Of a stretch of 64,000 nt of DNA, positions 37,084-47,545 are shown piece by piece (position 1 is the stretch's first letter; each line of letters starts with the position of its first letter). Source of the stretch: Candidatus Eiseniibacteriota bacterium (GTDB lineage Bacteria > Eisenbacteria > RBG-16-71-46); assembly GCA_035275545.1 (NCBI GenBank), contig DATEMP010000272.1, positions 4,592 to 68,591 on the forward strand, given 5' to 3'. The notes under the pieces are model-generated. The model was not told where the DNA came from. It worked only from the letters and a program-made list of their open reading frames with translations, and made no database searches. The translations under genes and the position numbers were made by a program.

Positions 37084-37307
37084 AGCCTGCGAACTGCGCA
37101 TCCCAGATGAGACATTCGGAGCAAGTTCCTGCCAATCTTCGTGGTGCACTCCACGAATAATCTGGCTGGAGTCGGGCGCACGCCCCGGAGTAGCCTCCGC
37201 TCCCCCGCACACGATGTCCCACCCTGGGAGGAGACGGAGAACCTCAGGCCGCACAGCAGTGATTCGTCCCGGCCGCCGCACTACCCCCGGATTGCGGAGG
37301 TTGAGTC

Positions 37308-38147
37308 ATGCGAAGCACGCGACCTTGGTTCTTCTCGTCCCCGGCCCGCGCATTCTCGAAGCACCCCGCTACATGTCTCGTCGCGATAGTAATGTTGTCA
37401 CTGTGCGCGGCGGCCCCGTCATGGGCAGTGCTCCAATCGATTACCTGGAGCACGGAAACCCAGACGACTGCGGTCTCATATAATCAGCGCGCAGATCTCG
37501 TGTTCGAGACTTCCGGCGGGGCCCTGCATGTCTTCGAAGTCATTGATTTGGACCCGATGGGGATCGAACAGCGCATCTGCCTTCCAAACCTTCCCGGCAC
37601 CTTCGTTCTCGATCTGCCCGATGAATCCACGACTTACACCTGGACGGCTCTTACAGAACAATGCGACGAGGAACTCGGCCCTCTCGATGACGACAATACG
37701 CCCAACAGATTCGAGATCGTTGTCCGGGTCCTCAACAATCCACAAATGCATAGTCCTGTGCTCGAGATCAACATTCCCTCGGGCGGCGACGATGATCCGT
37801 GGCACGAAGGTGCCCGGGCTCGCCAAGTGCGGCCGGAGGGGGAAGTGGCCGGCAGCGCGACCCCGTCCGCGGTCACGCTGCATGTACTGCGTGATATGCC
37901 GTTGGGCACCGGCGTCAACCTGCGGGTCGGCCTCCCCGCGGAGACCCAGGCGCGCGTCGATCTCTTCGACATCACGGGACGCCGGCTGCGCACGCTATCG
38001 AACGGCGTGATGTCGAGCGGCGAAACCGTGCTGTGGTGGGACGGCCGTGATGACGCCGGGCGGAACGCGCCCGCGGGAGTCGTGTTCGCGAGGCTGTCGA
38101 CTCCGAGGGAGGCGCGTACCGCGCGCTTCCTGGCTGGCATTCGCTGA
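37308..38147 (+). CDS. Secreted hypothetical protein with C-terminal FlgD-Ig/Por-type sorting domain
   Basis: Signal peptide. The C-terminus VDLFDITGRRLRTL...VLWWDGRDDAGRNAPAGVVFARL fits the sorting-domain pattern. Confidence 0.5.
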   Translation: MRSTRPWFFSSPARAFSKHPATCLVAIVMLSLCAAAPSWAVLQSITWSTETQTTAVSYNQRADLVFETSGGALHVFEVIDLDPMGIEQRICLPNLPGTFVLDLPDESTTYTWTALTEQCDEELGPLDDDNTPNRFEIVVRVLNNPQMHSPVLEINIPSGGDDDPWHEGARARQVRPEGEVAGSATPSAVTLHVLRDMPLGTGVNLRVGLPAETQARVDLFDITGRRLRTLSNGVMSSGETVLWWDGRDDAGRNAPAGVVFARLSTPREARTARFLAGIR

Positions 38148-38249
38148 GGCCCGCGGCTAGGGTCGAACCTCGCAACCGCTGGTGACGACCGCGACCACCT
38201 CCGTCGAGGTGGTCGCGGTCGCAAAGTCGGCGCATAGGGAGAGAATCGA

Positions 38250-38645
38250 ATGGCCGATCTGCCCAAAGCAGCGCAAGGCACCTTCGACGAGCTGCTCGCG
38301 GGAGTCGAGCCCGACCTCGCCGCCATCGCTCGGCGCTTGCGGGCCATCATCCGTGCCGTCGACGTGAACACGGTTGAGACCGTGCGGCTCGGCGACAACG
38401 CCGCCACCTATGGCGTCGGGCCGAAGAAGATGACCGACGGCTACGCCTACATCATGCCGATGCGCGGGTACGTCAATCTCGGCTTCTATCAAGGGGCGAT
38501 GTTGGCGGACCCCGAACGGCTGCTGGAAGGCACCGGCAAGGGGCTGCGTCACGTCAAGACCCGCACCTTGGCCGACGCCAACCGCCCTGCGGTTCGGGCT
38601 CTGGTGGCGGCGGCGCTCGCCCGGCGACGGAGTGGTGCCAAATGA
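38250..38645 (+). CDS. DUF1801 (YdhG-like) domain protein
   Basis: 131 aa; fold and length fit the YdhG/DUF1801 family (AAIARRLRAIIRAV...VRLGDNAATYGVGP). Confidence 0.5.
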   Translation: MADLPKAAQGTFDELLAGVEPDLAAIARRLRAIIRAVDVNTVETVRLGDNAATYGVGPKKMTDGYAYIMPMRGYVNLGFYQGAMLADPERLLEGTGKGLRHVKTRTLADANRPAVRALVAAALARRRSGAK

Positions 38646-39196
38646 CCGTCCCCAAGTCGACCGACGCCACGCTCCCGCTTGAGGCGTTCACGGGGCCGCT
38701 CAAGAACCAGTATCACCAGGCGCTCGCCACGCTCCGCGAGGCCATCGAGCTGTGTCCTGACGATTTGTGGCTAGATACCGGGCCCACGAACGCGTTCTGG
38801 CAGGTGGCCTATCACGCGCTGTTCTTCGCGCATTTCTATCTGGGCCAGAACGCAGCGTCCTTCCGGCCATGGGCCGAGCATCAGCGCGACAATCAGAACG
38901 AAGACGGCATCGCGGGCGATCCCGATCCCAAGAGCACGCTGCCGCTCATCCCGCGGCCGTATTCCAAGGAGCAGGTCCTTCGTTACTGGGCGACTGTCGA
39001 TGACATGGTGGATGGCGCGGTGGACGCCATGGACCTGACGAGGAGCGAAAGCGGCTTCCACTACCGGATGTCGAAACTGGAGCACCAGCTCGTGAACCTT
39101 CGCCACATCCAGCATCACGCTGCACAGCTCGCGGATCGACTGCGCGACGCGCTGGACATCGGCGTGAAGTGGAAGGGCGGAAGCCGCCCGGCGTAG
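38642..39196 (+). CDS. DinB/YfiT-like (DinB_2) four-helix-bundle protein
   Basis: Spaced His residues (HALFFAHFY ... HIQHHAAQLADRL) are typical of the DinB superfamily. Overlaps the previous gene by 4 nt. Confidence 0.55.
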   Translation: MTVPKSTDATLPLEAFTGPLKNQYHQALATLREAIELCPDDLWLDTGPTNAFWQVAYHALFFAHFYLGQNAASFRPWAEHQRDNQNEDGIAGDPDPKSTLPLIPRPYSKEQVLRYWATVDDMVDGAVDAMDLTRSESGFHYRMSKLEHQLVNLRHIQHHAAQLADRLRDALDIGVKWKGGSRPA

Positions 39197-39214
39197 CTCC
39201 GTCGGGTCGCGGGA

Positions 39215-39751
39215 TCAGGGGATCGACATGGCCGTCGACTCGGCAAGGGCTTTCAGGCGCGCCAGATCTGAGTCGACCTTGGCCTGCGCCGACCCTTGTG
39301 CGAGAGGGGCGAAGAGCGCCATCAGGCCCTTGAATCGCAACTCGACCTCGTAGACGAGAGTGGTGCCGCCGGTCGCCTCGTCGAGCGTGTACCGCACGAG
39401 CCCCTGCGCATCGGCTCCCGCGAGGGTGACGGCGATCAGCCGGGGCGGATCGAGTTCCACCACTTCGCTGTCCATCGCCATCCGCCGGCCGCCCTCGACC
39501 ACCGTCTCCCGCGATCGGGCACCGAGACGGAGTCCGCCTTCAGTGAGCGGAACCGAGCTCTCCAGCCCTCCGATCCACCGTTTCAACTGCTCCGGTTCGG
39601 TCAACAGCGGAAAGATGGCCGCGGCGGGTCGTGCGATGGCAGTCGTGGAGGTGTAACGCATGCGAGATCCTCTCTGGCTGATGGCAACGCCGATGCAGGC
39701 AACGACGACAATAGTGAGACCCAGCGCGAGCAGCCACTTATGACGCGGCAT
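39215..39751 (-). CDS. SRPBCC-family protein (polyketide cyclase/AHSA1-like) with N-terminal membrane anchor
   Basis: From the internal ATG (MPRHKWLLALGLTIVVVA): a hydrophobic anchor followed by an SRPBCC-like domain. Confidence 0.5.
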   Translation of the reverse strand: MPRHKWLLALGLTIVVVACIGVAISQRGSRMRYTSTTAIARPAAAIFPLLTEPEQLKRWIGGLESSVPLTEGGLRLGARSRETVVEGGRRMAMDSEVVELDPPRLIAVTLAGADAQGLVRYTLDEATGGTTLVYEVELRFKGLMALFAPLAQGSAQAKVDSDLARLKALAESTAMSIP

Positions 39752-40652
39752 CCCGATCCTCCAATGGCAGTCGGATCTCCGTGCGCAGATCGTGTGGGGC
39801 GGTGCTCTGCGGGTCACTCAGGTAGATCTCGACCGCCGGACGTTTGGCCATCACGCGGCGTGTCGGCGGGAGGTACTCGGCCCCGAGCCACCGATACGTT
39901 TCGATCAGGGTCTCGAACGGACCGTAGTGCGTGCCGACGGCGTAGTCGCCCGCGGGGATCTCCTGCATGCCGATGATCCCTTCGCCCTTCACATCTGCAG
40001 CGACCGTCAGGCAGGTATCGAAGCGGAGCTTGTCCGGCGGAGTCACCGACGGATCGTCATGCGCCATGCCCATGAGTCGCGTATCGGGGCCACAGAGTCC
40101 TCGCGCCATGGCCCACTCCATCAGTTGCCCGAAGACCGGCGTGACCTCCTCATACGGGCCAATGTGACGGATGAACGCCACGCGAGTTGCCGGATAACGG
40201 TGAATCGCGCCGTCGAGAGACTCGTGCTCGCGCGCGAGGAGTTGACGCACCTCCCTCCCGCCATCGAAATGGAGAGCGAGCGGGGCCGCGATGCGCGAGC
40301 TGAGCCCGCTGGTCTCGCGAAACTCCGACGGGGACGTTCCAAACGTCCGGGTGAAGGCCCGGGTGAACGCCTCATGTGAGTCATAGCCGGCCTCCAGCGC
40401 GACCTCCATGATCGAAGTCGAACCGACCTTGAGGCGATGGGCAGCGCGCTCCAGACGGAGCCGTCGGATGTGCTCGGCGGGAGCTTCGCCCACGAGCGCA
40501 CGAAAGAGCCGATGGAAGTGATGCGGTGCCGTTGCAGTCAGGCGTGCGAGATCCTCGAACGTCAGTGGGTCGTCGAGGTGCTCCTGGATGTGGATGAGCG
40601 CCGCGAGGACTCGCTCCTGATGGCTGGCTTGGGTCTTGGGGTTCGGCATCAC
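39738..40652 (-). CDS. AraC-family regulator with GyrI-like effector-binding domain
   Basis: N-terminal HTH_18 (FEDLARLTATAPHHFHRLFRALVGEAPAE...EVALEAGYDSHEAFTRAFTRTFGTSPSEFR) with a C-terminal GyrI-like domain. Confidence 0.7.
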   Translation of the reverse strand: MMPNPKTQASHQERVLAALIHIQEHLDDPLTFEDLARLTATAPHHFHRLFRALVGEAPAEHIRRLRLERAAHRLKVGSTSIMEVALEAGYDSHEAFTRAFTRTFGTSPSEFRETSGLSSRIAAPLALHFDGGREVRQLLAREHESLDGAIHRYPATRVAFIRHIGPYEEVTPVFGQLMEWAMARGLCGPDTRLMGMAHDDPSVTPPDKLRFDTCLTVAADVKGEGIIGMQEIPAGDYAVGTHYGPFETLIETYRWLGAEYLPPTRRVMAKRPAVEIYLSDPQSTAPHDLRTEIRLPLEDRDAAS

Positions 40653-40742
40653 GCGAGATGCTAGGCGAATGGAGTCACGGACGCTTGATCGTTCTTGCGA
40701 AAGTGGTCAGCGCGTCCGTGATGTGCGAGGACTCGCTGCACT

Positions 40743-41216
40743 TCAATCCCCTGCGGGCTCCCCGGTCCAGCGATAGAGCCACCAGTGCCCTTCGAGAGGT
40801 CGGATACGCCGACCGGGCCGCACCAGGTCCCGGTCATCGATCGTATCGAGGCTCGCCAGCGTGTCGAACGTGACGCCTGGCGGCATGATCGAATCGAGCC
40901 AGGCGAATCCCTTGGAGTCGGCCAGGCGGCCAAGCCGCCGCCCGCCCGCCGGGATGAAGATCCGGTGCGTCGACTCCACCGCTCCGCCCCCCGGGAGTTC
41001 GAGCCGGCCCATGATCCGCAGCCACTGCCGGACCAACTCGGGGTCGCGATCGTTCACGCCGTAGCGAAGCTGCGCCTGGTGGTTGTCCCGCAATGAGTCG
41101 AGGTCGGCTCGATGAGCACGGAAGAACGCGATCAATCGTTCGTCCGTCGGAAGTGCCCGAGGCGGTGCTTGAGGACCGCACCCGCCGGCGAGCGCGCCCA
41201 CGAGCGCGATAGCCAT
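40743..41216 (-). CDS. Hypothetical lipoprotein
   Basis: From the internal ATG: MAIALVGALAGGCG lipobox. Divergent from the dehydrogenase gene. Confidence 0.4.
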   Translation of the reverse strand: MAIALVGALAGGCGPQAPPRALPTDERLIAFFRAHRADLDSLRDNHQAQLRYGVNDRDPELVRQWLRIMGRLELPGGGAVESTHRIFIPAGGRRLGRLADSKGFAWLDSIMPPGVTFDTLASLDTIDDRDLVRPGRRIRPLEGHWWLYRWTGEPAGD

Positions 41217-41334
41217 GAGCGTCCCGCGATGCCTTCTCACGACCTGGAATGTAAGCCATCGGCTCGTCCGTGGCATTGCGGCCGAAATGGATCGCCGGAT
41301 AGACTGGCGGCGCATGTTGCGATCCGCCGTTCTC

Positions 41335-42312
41335 ATGAGAGCCGCTGTCGCCACGCGCTACGGGCTGCCGGATGGGCTCGAGATGAGAGACGTTCCGCAG
41401 CCTCAGCCCGCGAAGGGCGAGGTGCTGGTCGCGGTGCATGCGACGACAGTCACGCGCAGCGATTGCGGCTTTCTGGCGCCGCATCCGAGCCTTCTCCGGT
41501 TGTTCTATGGCTGGAGCCGACCGCGGCAGCCGATCCTCGGCATGGATTTCGCCGGCACGGTCGAGGCGATCGGCGAAGGCGTCAGCGCCTTCCACCCGGG
41601 CGACCGCGTGTTCGGCATGTTGCGCTGGCACGAGCTCGGCGCGCACGCAGAGTACGTGTGCGTGCCTGAGGACGGCTACATCGCGCCGATGCCGGCGGAT
41701 GCGCGCTTCGGGGAGGTCGTTGTGTGCGAGGGGGCTTTCTATGCCTTCAACTCACTCAAGGCGCTGAAGCTGAAAGCAGGTGACAGGATCTTGATCTACG
41801 GTGCGTCGGGCGCAATCGGCACAGCAGCGGTGCAGCTCGCACAGATCATGGGCGCGAGGGTGACAGCGGTCGTCGCGACGCAACACGTCGAGCTCCTGAA
41901 GTCGCTCGGCGCCGAGCGCGTCATCGATTACACACGCGAAGACTTCACGCGTATCGGCGAAACCTTCGACTGCATGCTCGACGCCGTCGGTAAGACGACA
42001 TACTCGCGCAGCCGCCGGCTCATGAAGCCCGGCGCGGTGTTCGCCGGCACCGATATCGGGCCCTGGGCACAGACGCTGGTCTTGGTGATGTGGTTCGCGA
42101 TCACAGGCAGCCGTCGCGTAATTGTCGCGATGCCGCGCCCGATCGCGGGCTTCGCTCAGCTCATGCGAGAGCACATCCAGGCCGGCACGTTTTGCGCGGT
42201 GATCGACCGACGCTATCCGCTCGAACAGATCCGCGAGGCGTACGCCTATGTCGAGACCGGCCAGAAAACCGGTATCGTCGTGATCAACGTCCGGCCGGAC
42301 GAAGCCGCCTGA
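41335..42312 (+). CDS. Zinc-binding / medium-chain dehydrogenase-reductase (quinone oxidoreductase-like)
   Basis: MRAAVATRYG...GEVLVAVHATTV, nucleotide-binding GASGAIGTAAVQLA, and C-terminal GKTGIVVI: the MDR family pattern. Confidence 0.75.
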   Translation: MRAAVATRYGLPDGLEMRDVPQPQPAKGEVLVAVHATTVTRSDCGFLAPHPSLLRLFYGWSRPRQPILGMDFAGTVEAIGEGVSAFHPGDRVFGMLRWHELGAHAEYVCVPEDGYIAPMPADARFGEVVVCEGAFYAFNSLKALKLKAGDRILIYGASGAIGTAAVQLAQIMGARVTAVVATQHVELLKSLGAERVIDYTREDFTRIGETFDCMLDAVGKTTYSRSRRLMKPGAVFAGTDIGPWAQTLVLVMWFAITGSRRVIVAMPRPIAGFAQLMREHIQAGTFCAVIDRRYPLEQIREAYAYVETGQKTGIVVINVRPDEAA

Positions 42313-42336
42313 TGATGATGGGTCGCCAATCGAACC

Positions 42337-43053
42337 ATGATCGACAAACCGATCCTGATCGTCGGAGGCACAAGAGGCACCGGGCTTTTGATCGCTCGGC
42401 TTCTCGAACAGCGTGTACTGCCCGTTCGAGTGTTGGCTCGAGACCCTGCACGTGCCAAGGCGACGCTCGGGCCCGGCGTTCAAGTGATCGCCGGAGATGT
42501 TACGAAGAAGGAGACGTTGCCGCGCGCGATCGAAGGAACGTGTCACATCATCTTCACCGCGGGCTGTCGAAGCGGGCATCCGGCGAGCGAAACACAGATC
42601 AAGGCGACTGAGTACGATGGAGTACTCAATGCTCTGGCATCGGCGCAACGGGCCGGACCTACCGGCCGCTTCATGTACATGACATCCAGTGGGGTCGCAA
42701 CCCGCTCACTCGTATCAGCCTGTCTCAATCTCTACAAAGGCAACACGCTCGTGTGGCGGCGGCGCGCAGAAGATGCCATCCGCGGGAGCGGCCTGGACTA
42801 CACGATCATTCGCACCGGCATGCTGCAGAATGGCGCGGCCGGCCGACGCGTGATCGAGCTCACCCAGGAGGCTCTGCCACTCTCGATTCGGTACCGCATT
42901 GCCCGTGCCGATGTGGCGGAGGCGTTCGCGGCAGCTCTGGACCATCCTCGCGCTTCACGTGCGACGTTTGAAATCGTATGGGCTGGCCGCGGTCGACCAG
43001 CGCCCTGGCCTGCGCTGTTCGAGCGGCTCAAGCCAGATGCGCCCCTGCCCTAG
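42337..43053 (+). CDS. NAD(P)-binding NmrA/atypical-SDR-like protein
   Basis: N-terminal ILIVGGTRGTGLLIARLL Rossmann motif. Confidence 0.65.
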   Translation: MIDKPILIVGGTRGTGLLIARLLEQRVLPVRVLARDPARAKATLGPGVQVIAGDVTKKETLPRAIEGTCHIIFTAGCRSGHPASETQIKATEYDGVLNALASAQRAGPTGRFMYMTSSGVATRSLVSACLNLYKGNTLVWRRRAEDAIRGSGLDYTIIRTGMLQNGAAGRRVIELTQEALPLSIRYRIARADVAEAFAAALDHPRASRATFEIVWAGRGRPAPWPALFERLKPDAPLP

Positions 43054-43484
43054 GAGCGATCTGCGCGCACGCGGGCCGCAAGAGCGTCGAGGCTGCGCTC
43101 GAGCTGCGGTCGTGTGAGCCAGACGAACACGCCCATCAGGCCCGGAATCCAGGCGGACATGTCGACCGTCCAGCGGAGTTGCGTGGTGCCGTCCGGCCGC
43201 GAAGCGAGCTGCTGCTCGGCACGGTGCGCGCGGACGAAGGGGTTGCGTGCGACGGTATAGACGTATCGATGCGGACGCTCGGCCACGAGCACACGTTCGA
43301 CGAGCCGCGCCCGGACGCCCAGGTTCTTCACCGTGACAATGCGCTCGAAACCCTCCGTGTCGGGATCACCCCCGCCCGCGACGACCGGCGCCGACGACCA
43401 CTCGCTCATGCGCTCTGGCCTGGTGATCCACTCCCACACGACGCCGGGCGGTGCGTCTAGAACGCGCTCAAACACGATCCGCAT
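43050..43484 (-). CDS. SRPBCC-family protein
   Basis: 144 aa, FERVLDAPPGVVWEWITRPERMSEWS: the polyketide-cyclase/AHSA1-like START fold. Confidence 0.55.
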   Translation of the reverse strand: MRIVFERVLDAPPGVVWEWITRPERMSEWSSAPVVAGGGDPDTEGFERIVTVKNLGVRARLVERVLVAERPHRYVYTVARNPFVRAHRAEQQLASRPDGTTQLRWTVDMSAWIPGLMGVFVWLTRPQLERSLDALAARVRADRS

Positions 43485-44150
43485 CTACTCACCCGCCCGG
43501 TCGAGCGTGATTCGACTTCGAAGCTCTGGTGTCATCGCGCACCCGAACGTAACGCCAACCACACTCCACGCCCAGGCGCTCGCGATGAAAAACCCAACAA
43601 CGAGGAACACCACCGCGGCGCAGGACAATGCAATGCTGGCCGCCCCTACGCACCACGCCCAAAGGTAATCGCGCCCTGCACGCCGCATGTGCACGAATGC
43701 CTGGTCGGGTCGGTGCAGGATCGTGGTGTTGCCGTCGCGCACGAAGGTATTGATCGCGGCAGGGAATAAAAACAAGCCAATCGCGAACGCTACAACTCCC
43801 ACGACCAGCAGCACGAGCGTTGCGGTCGTGCGCATGCCGATCACCCACGGTATGAGCAGCGGCATCGCGATGCCGAGATACCACAACCCACCCCACATGA
43901 CGATCGCGCTCGCACGGGCTGTTACCAGAATGGGGCGAAACCCACGAAAGTACGGCGGATCGTTGCGGTAGACGCGCCGCATCACCAGGTAGCGATGCCC
44001 CAGGTTGAGCGCCCAGCCGACGAACGGCACGAGCAGGAACAGCAGTCCCCCGACGACGATGTCACGGCGCGACTGCTGTGAACGAAGCGGAAACCCGAAG
44101 AGGTCGCGCACCGACGGCATGGGCAGATGGTCGGGCGCCGGCCTCGTCAT
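43485..44150 (-). CDS. DUF4013-like integral membrane protein
   Basis: From the internal ATG (MTRPAPDHLPMPSVRDLFGFPL): four or five TM helices. The listed 295-aa frame has a spurious Arg-rich extension. The start overlaps the epimerase stop as ATGA. Confidence 0.45.
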   Translation of the reverse strand: MTRPAPDHLPMPSVRDLFGFPLRSQQSRRDIVVGGLLFLLVPFVGWALNLGHRYLVMRRVYRNDPPYFRGFRPILVTARASAIVMWGGLWYLGIAMPLLIPWVIGMRTTATLVLLVVGVVAFAIGLFLFPAAINTFVRDGNTTILHRPDQAFVHMRRAGRDYLWAWCVGAASIALSCAAVVFLVVGFFIASAWAWSVVGVTFGCAMTPELRSRITLDRAGE

Positions 44151-45070
44151 CGGGGCGCTCCGTGACGGGTCTGGCGACGAACGTATCGCCTGCCGACGGT
44201 CTCGGCGTGTTCGTGCAGCCAGTCGGCGAGCCGCATTGTGCCCAGCGGCGGGTGAGGCGACGCGAGGGTTCCCGCGCGCAGCGCTGCCATCTCGTCGTTC
44301 GTGACGATGGTGTCGCCGATGACCTTGCCCAACATCCACGCGGCCGACATCACCGCAGGCCCCGGCAGACACACGATCTGTGAGCGGGAGTCGATCGCAT
44401 CGTGAATCAGCCGTACGAACTCGAGATACGTGTACCGCTCGCTTCCGCCCACATCGACGATGCTGCCCTCGAGCGGCCCCTCAGCAATATCGGCCGTTAC
44501 GCGCGCGACATCCTCGCCCGCGACGGGTTGCACCTCGTAGCCGCCATCGCCGGCAACGAGGAACACCGGCAGCCGCCGAAGCAGCCACGCGTGGTTGGTG
44601 ATGAGCACGTCACCGTCGCCGAAGATCAGGGTTGGCTGCACGATGGCGTGCGGCAGGCCCGAGGCACGCACCACTTCGTCTGCGCGCCATTTCCAGACGA
44701 GGTAGGGATGGGGTGAATCCGGGGCAGCACTAACGACACCGATGTGCACGACGCCGCCCACCTGCGCGCGCACGGCGGCGTCGAGCAACACGCGCGTGTT
44801 GTCGACTGCGGTCTCGAACGTCATCCCTGCATGCGGGTAGCGAATCCAGTACGTGTTGACGAACAGGTCGGCGCCGCGCATGCACGTCACGAGCTCCTCT
44901 CGCCGCGAGAAACCGAGTGGATGCGCAGCTACCTGGAGGGCCAACGGGTCGCCCGGGTATCGCGAGTTGGTGAGGGTTCGCACCGACCAGCCGCGGGCGA
45001 TGAGTTCACGGGCGATGAACCGCCCGGTGAACGAAAACGCGCCGGTCACCACGGCTGTGCGCGAGGCCAT
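44147..45070 (-). CDS. NAD-dependent epimerase/dehydratase family (atypical SDR)
   Basis: N-terminal AVVTGAFSFTGRFIARELIARGW Rossmann motif. Confidence 0.7.
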   Translation of the reverse strand: MASRTAVVTGAFSFTGRFIARELIARGWSVRTLTNSRYPGDPLALQVAAHPLGFSRREELVTCMRGADLFVNTYWIRYPHAGMTFETAVDNTRVLLDAAVRAQVGGVVHIGVVSAAPDSPHPYLVWKWRADEVVRASGLPHAIVQPTLIFGDGDVLITNHAWLLRRLPVFLVAGDGGYEVQPVAGEDVARVTADIAEGPLEGSIVDVGGSERYTYLEFVRLIHDAIDSRSQIVCLPGPAVMSAAWMLGKVIGDTIVTNDEMAALRAGTLASPHPPLGTMRLADWLHEHAETVGRRYVRRQTRHGAPR

Positions 45071-45105
45071 GAGCGTGCCAGCACCCCGTTACGGAGCGGG
45101 GTCGC

Positions 45106-46221
45106 TCACGTCGTTCCGCCGGGCTCTTCGCCGCGCCTCCTGAGACCCGCACTCGCGATGGCCCAGCTCCGGCAGCGGTGCCAGAATCCGGCGTCGTCGT
45201 TCCAGGCGGCGAGATCCACGCGCTTGCCCAGCTCGCGGAACGCATTCCGGCACTCCCCCGGTCGATTGGCCTGGGCGGCAAAGCGAGCCAGGAGACTGAG
45301 CGGAAGCGCCGACTCCGGGCACCGCTTCCGCCACGCCTCGAGCCCCACGCGCACGCGCTCCCAGGTCACGGCCGGAGAGTCTTCGAAGACATTGTTCGTA
45401 TAGCCCGACTGGAAGTAGATGATGCGCGCGTAGAGCTCCGGTCCGCGCCCGCCGGGATTGCGATCGGCCACCTCGGCCGCGAAGCGCTCCCAGTCCCCCG
45501 GCTCCCCGAACCACCGTGGCATCAATCGCCTGGACTTGGCGGTGTAGAGCTCGGCATGGGTGGGGAATGCCGCCACTCCTTCGTCGAATATCCGGTCGTA
45601 TTCCTGGTCGCTGGCACTCGAACACAGCGCCACCTCGAGCATCGCCTCATACCAGCCGGGGCAGTCGTGCCCGATGCGCTCGGCGCGCCGAAGGAGCTGC
45701 CTCGCCTCCGCGATGTCGTCGGCGAACTTCGGCCACTGGCTCGCCTTCACGGTGTGCGCATAGCCGCCACCACGCGCCGCCCATCCCCGCTGGATGAGCG
45801 CGTTCGCGAGGGCAATCGTCGCCGTCGCCGAGCGTGGCTGCCCCTCACGCCACTGACGGAGGTTGTGGAGGAGCTGCTCCCACGTTTCCGCAGGGAGATC
45901 CGAGTCATCGGCGCTTTGGAATGCCCAATAGTAGAAGCTCGACACCATGGAGCTTCCGGAAGGGAACGACGCGTTCGTCGATCGCGTGGAGTCCGCCAGC
46001 GCCTCGAGCTCGATGTAGCGACGCTCGAGCAGCAGCGTGCGCACGCGCAGCCCGAACCGGGCGCGATCGAGCTTCGCGTTCGAAACCGCGAAGTGAAGTC
46101 GGAGCTCCTCGTCAGCCTGGGCCTGGACCCGGGCCTGAGCCGCATGGCTGTGGCGGCTGGGCACACAGCCAGTCGTCAGAGCGGCAGACAGAATCAGGGC
46201 GAGGACAGCGTATGGGCGCAT
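45106..46221 (-). CDS. Hypothetical lipoprotein (DUF4034-like, helical repeat)
   Basis: Internal ATG MRPYAVLALILSAALTTGC (lipobox), then a helical/TPR-like body. Confidence 0.45.
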   Translation of the reverse strand: MRPYAVLALILSAALTTGCVPSRHSHAAQARVQAQADEELRLHFAVSNAKLDRARFGLRVRTLLLERRYIELEALADSTRSTNASFPSGSSMVSSFYYWAFQSADDSDLPAETWEQLLHNLRQWREGQPRSATATIALANALIQRGWAARGGGYAHTVKASQWPKFADDIAEARQLLRRAERIGHDCPGWYEAMLEVALCSSASDQEYDRIFDEGVAAFPTHAELYTAKSRRLMPRWFGEPGDWERFAAEVADRNPGGRGPELYARIIYFQSGYTNNVFEDSPAVTWERVRVGLEAWRKRCPESALPLSLLARFAAQANRPGECRNAFRELGKRVDLAAWNDDAGFWHRCRSWAIASAGLRRRGEEPGGTT

Positions 46222-46329
46222 GGGGCCTCCCTGGGGCCTCCGAGATTGTCGGCGGGACAGGGCGCGGGCTTGAGGCGTGCCGGCGGGCGCGGGGTCCATT
46301 TCGCGCAGCGCGTCGATGCGACCGGTGGC

Positions 46330-46908
46330 TCAGCGGGCGGGATCGCCCTCGCGGGCCCCGAAGCGCCGCTCGAACATCACGTGCACCACATTCGCCGGGA
46401 TCACGACACGGGGCATGATCACCACTTGCAGCGTGCTTCGCGGCGACAGGCGCCAGCCCAGACTCGGCACCGCCACCAGGTCGACCGGAGACGATTCCGA
46501 ATAGCCGGTGATCACTCCCGTCATCAGCTCGAGCCGGAATGCGCGAACCTCGAGAACCGGCAGCACGAGTCCCCCGTACCAGCTCGGCCGGCCGTAGCTA
46601 TTGGCGAAGCCGCCGACCGCGAGCCCGCCGTTCCAGAGCAGCGCCGCGCCCAGGTTCGCGTTGTTGAATCCGGCACGATCGTGCCATGAAGCGAGGTGAA
46701 GGCGGACGGTCTGCGGCAGAGCGTTGGGCGGCAAGTTGGGCCGCGCAAACGCGCCTCGCGGGAATGCCAGCATGCTCGTGAGCACCAGAGCGAAGCATCC
46801 CAGCCGCAGGGCACCGATGCGCCCCGAGCCGGCACGCCCGCACGGCGGCACGACTCGCCTGTTGCACTCTCCGGATTCACCGTCGAGTTCCAGCGGTTGC
46901 TGTGACAT
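46330..46908 (-). CDS. Hypothetical outer-membrane beta-barrel-like protein (192 aa)
   Basis: Internal ATG with signal peptide (LRLGCFALVLTSMLAFPRGAFA) and alternating hydrophobic strands. The listed 331-aa ORF fuses it to a duplicated sorting-domain fragment. Confidence 0.35.
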   Translation of the reverse strand: MSQQPLELDGESGECNRRVVPPCGRAGSGRIGALRLGCFALVLTSMLAFPRGAFARPNLPPNALPQTVRLHLASWHDRAGFNNANLGAALLWNGGLAVGGFANSYGRPSWYGGLVLPVLEVRAFRLELMTGVITGYSESSPVDLVAVPSLGWRLSPRSTLQVVIMPRVVIPANVVHVMFERRFGAREGDPAR

Positions 46909-46950
46909 CTCGGCCCGATTGTACGCCGTCGCGGCGGCCGCCGCCCCAAT

Positions 46951-47437
46951 CGACCGCCTGGCGTCCCGCGGGACGCGGCTCGTCGAGCACGCGGCGCACC
47001 AGACGCCGGAGGCGTCGAACACGTTGAGCGCGACCCGACCCGCCGCCGGGAGCTCGAAGTCGAAGCGCGTCGAGCGCGCGAACGGGTTCGGCGCGTTCTG
47101 CGCAAACACGACGCAACGCCCGGCCGGCGGCTCGACCGCGACCGGGCCCGCCGGTGAGACGTGGTAGTGGCCGGAGCGGCCGTCGTCGAAGTCGAGCCGC
47201 AGCACGATCTCGCCCGACGCGTTCATGGCGCCAAACTGGATGAGCGTGATCGTGCGCAGATCGCCGCCGGGGCCGCCGGTGCCCTGCACGTCGAACAGGT
47301 CGCCGGTCGCCACTACCTCGCGCACGTCTCCCGTGGGCTCGGCGAGGTAGACCGCGGTGCGCTGCCCGCCGAACGGCGATGAACCGCCGCGTGAACGAGA
47401 ACGCGCCGGTCACCACCGCTGTGCGCGAGGGCATGAG
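46951..47437 (-). pseudogene. Mosaic gene fragment: duplicated 3' end of the sorting-domain gene (ca. 49177-49602) joined to duplicated 5' end of the epimerase gene (45011-45072)
   Basis: Near-identical nucleotide stretches. The protein-level copy reads REVVATGDLFDVQGTGG...ALNVFDA, and MPSRTAVVTGAFSFT is a copy of the epimerase N-terminus MASRTAVVTGAFSFT. The junction is at about 47375. Confidence 0.55.
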
Positions 47438-47545
47438 CCCCCACTCAACAGCACCCGCCGATTCCCAGCCAGCGCTATCGAGCGGGCTTGCGCTACGACG
47501 TCAGCCGGGTCGTGATTCGCTGGCAGCGCTTACTGATTGCTACGA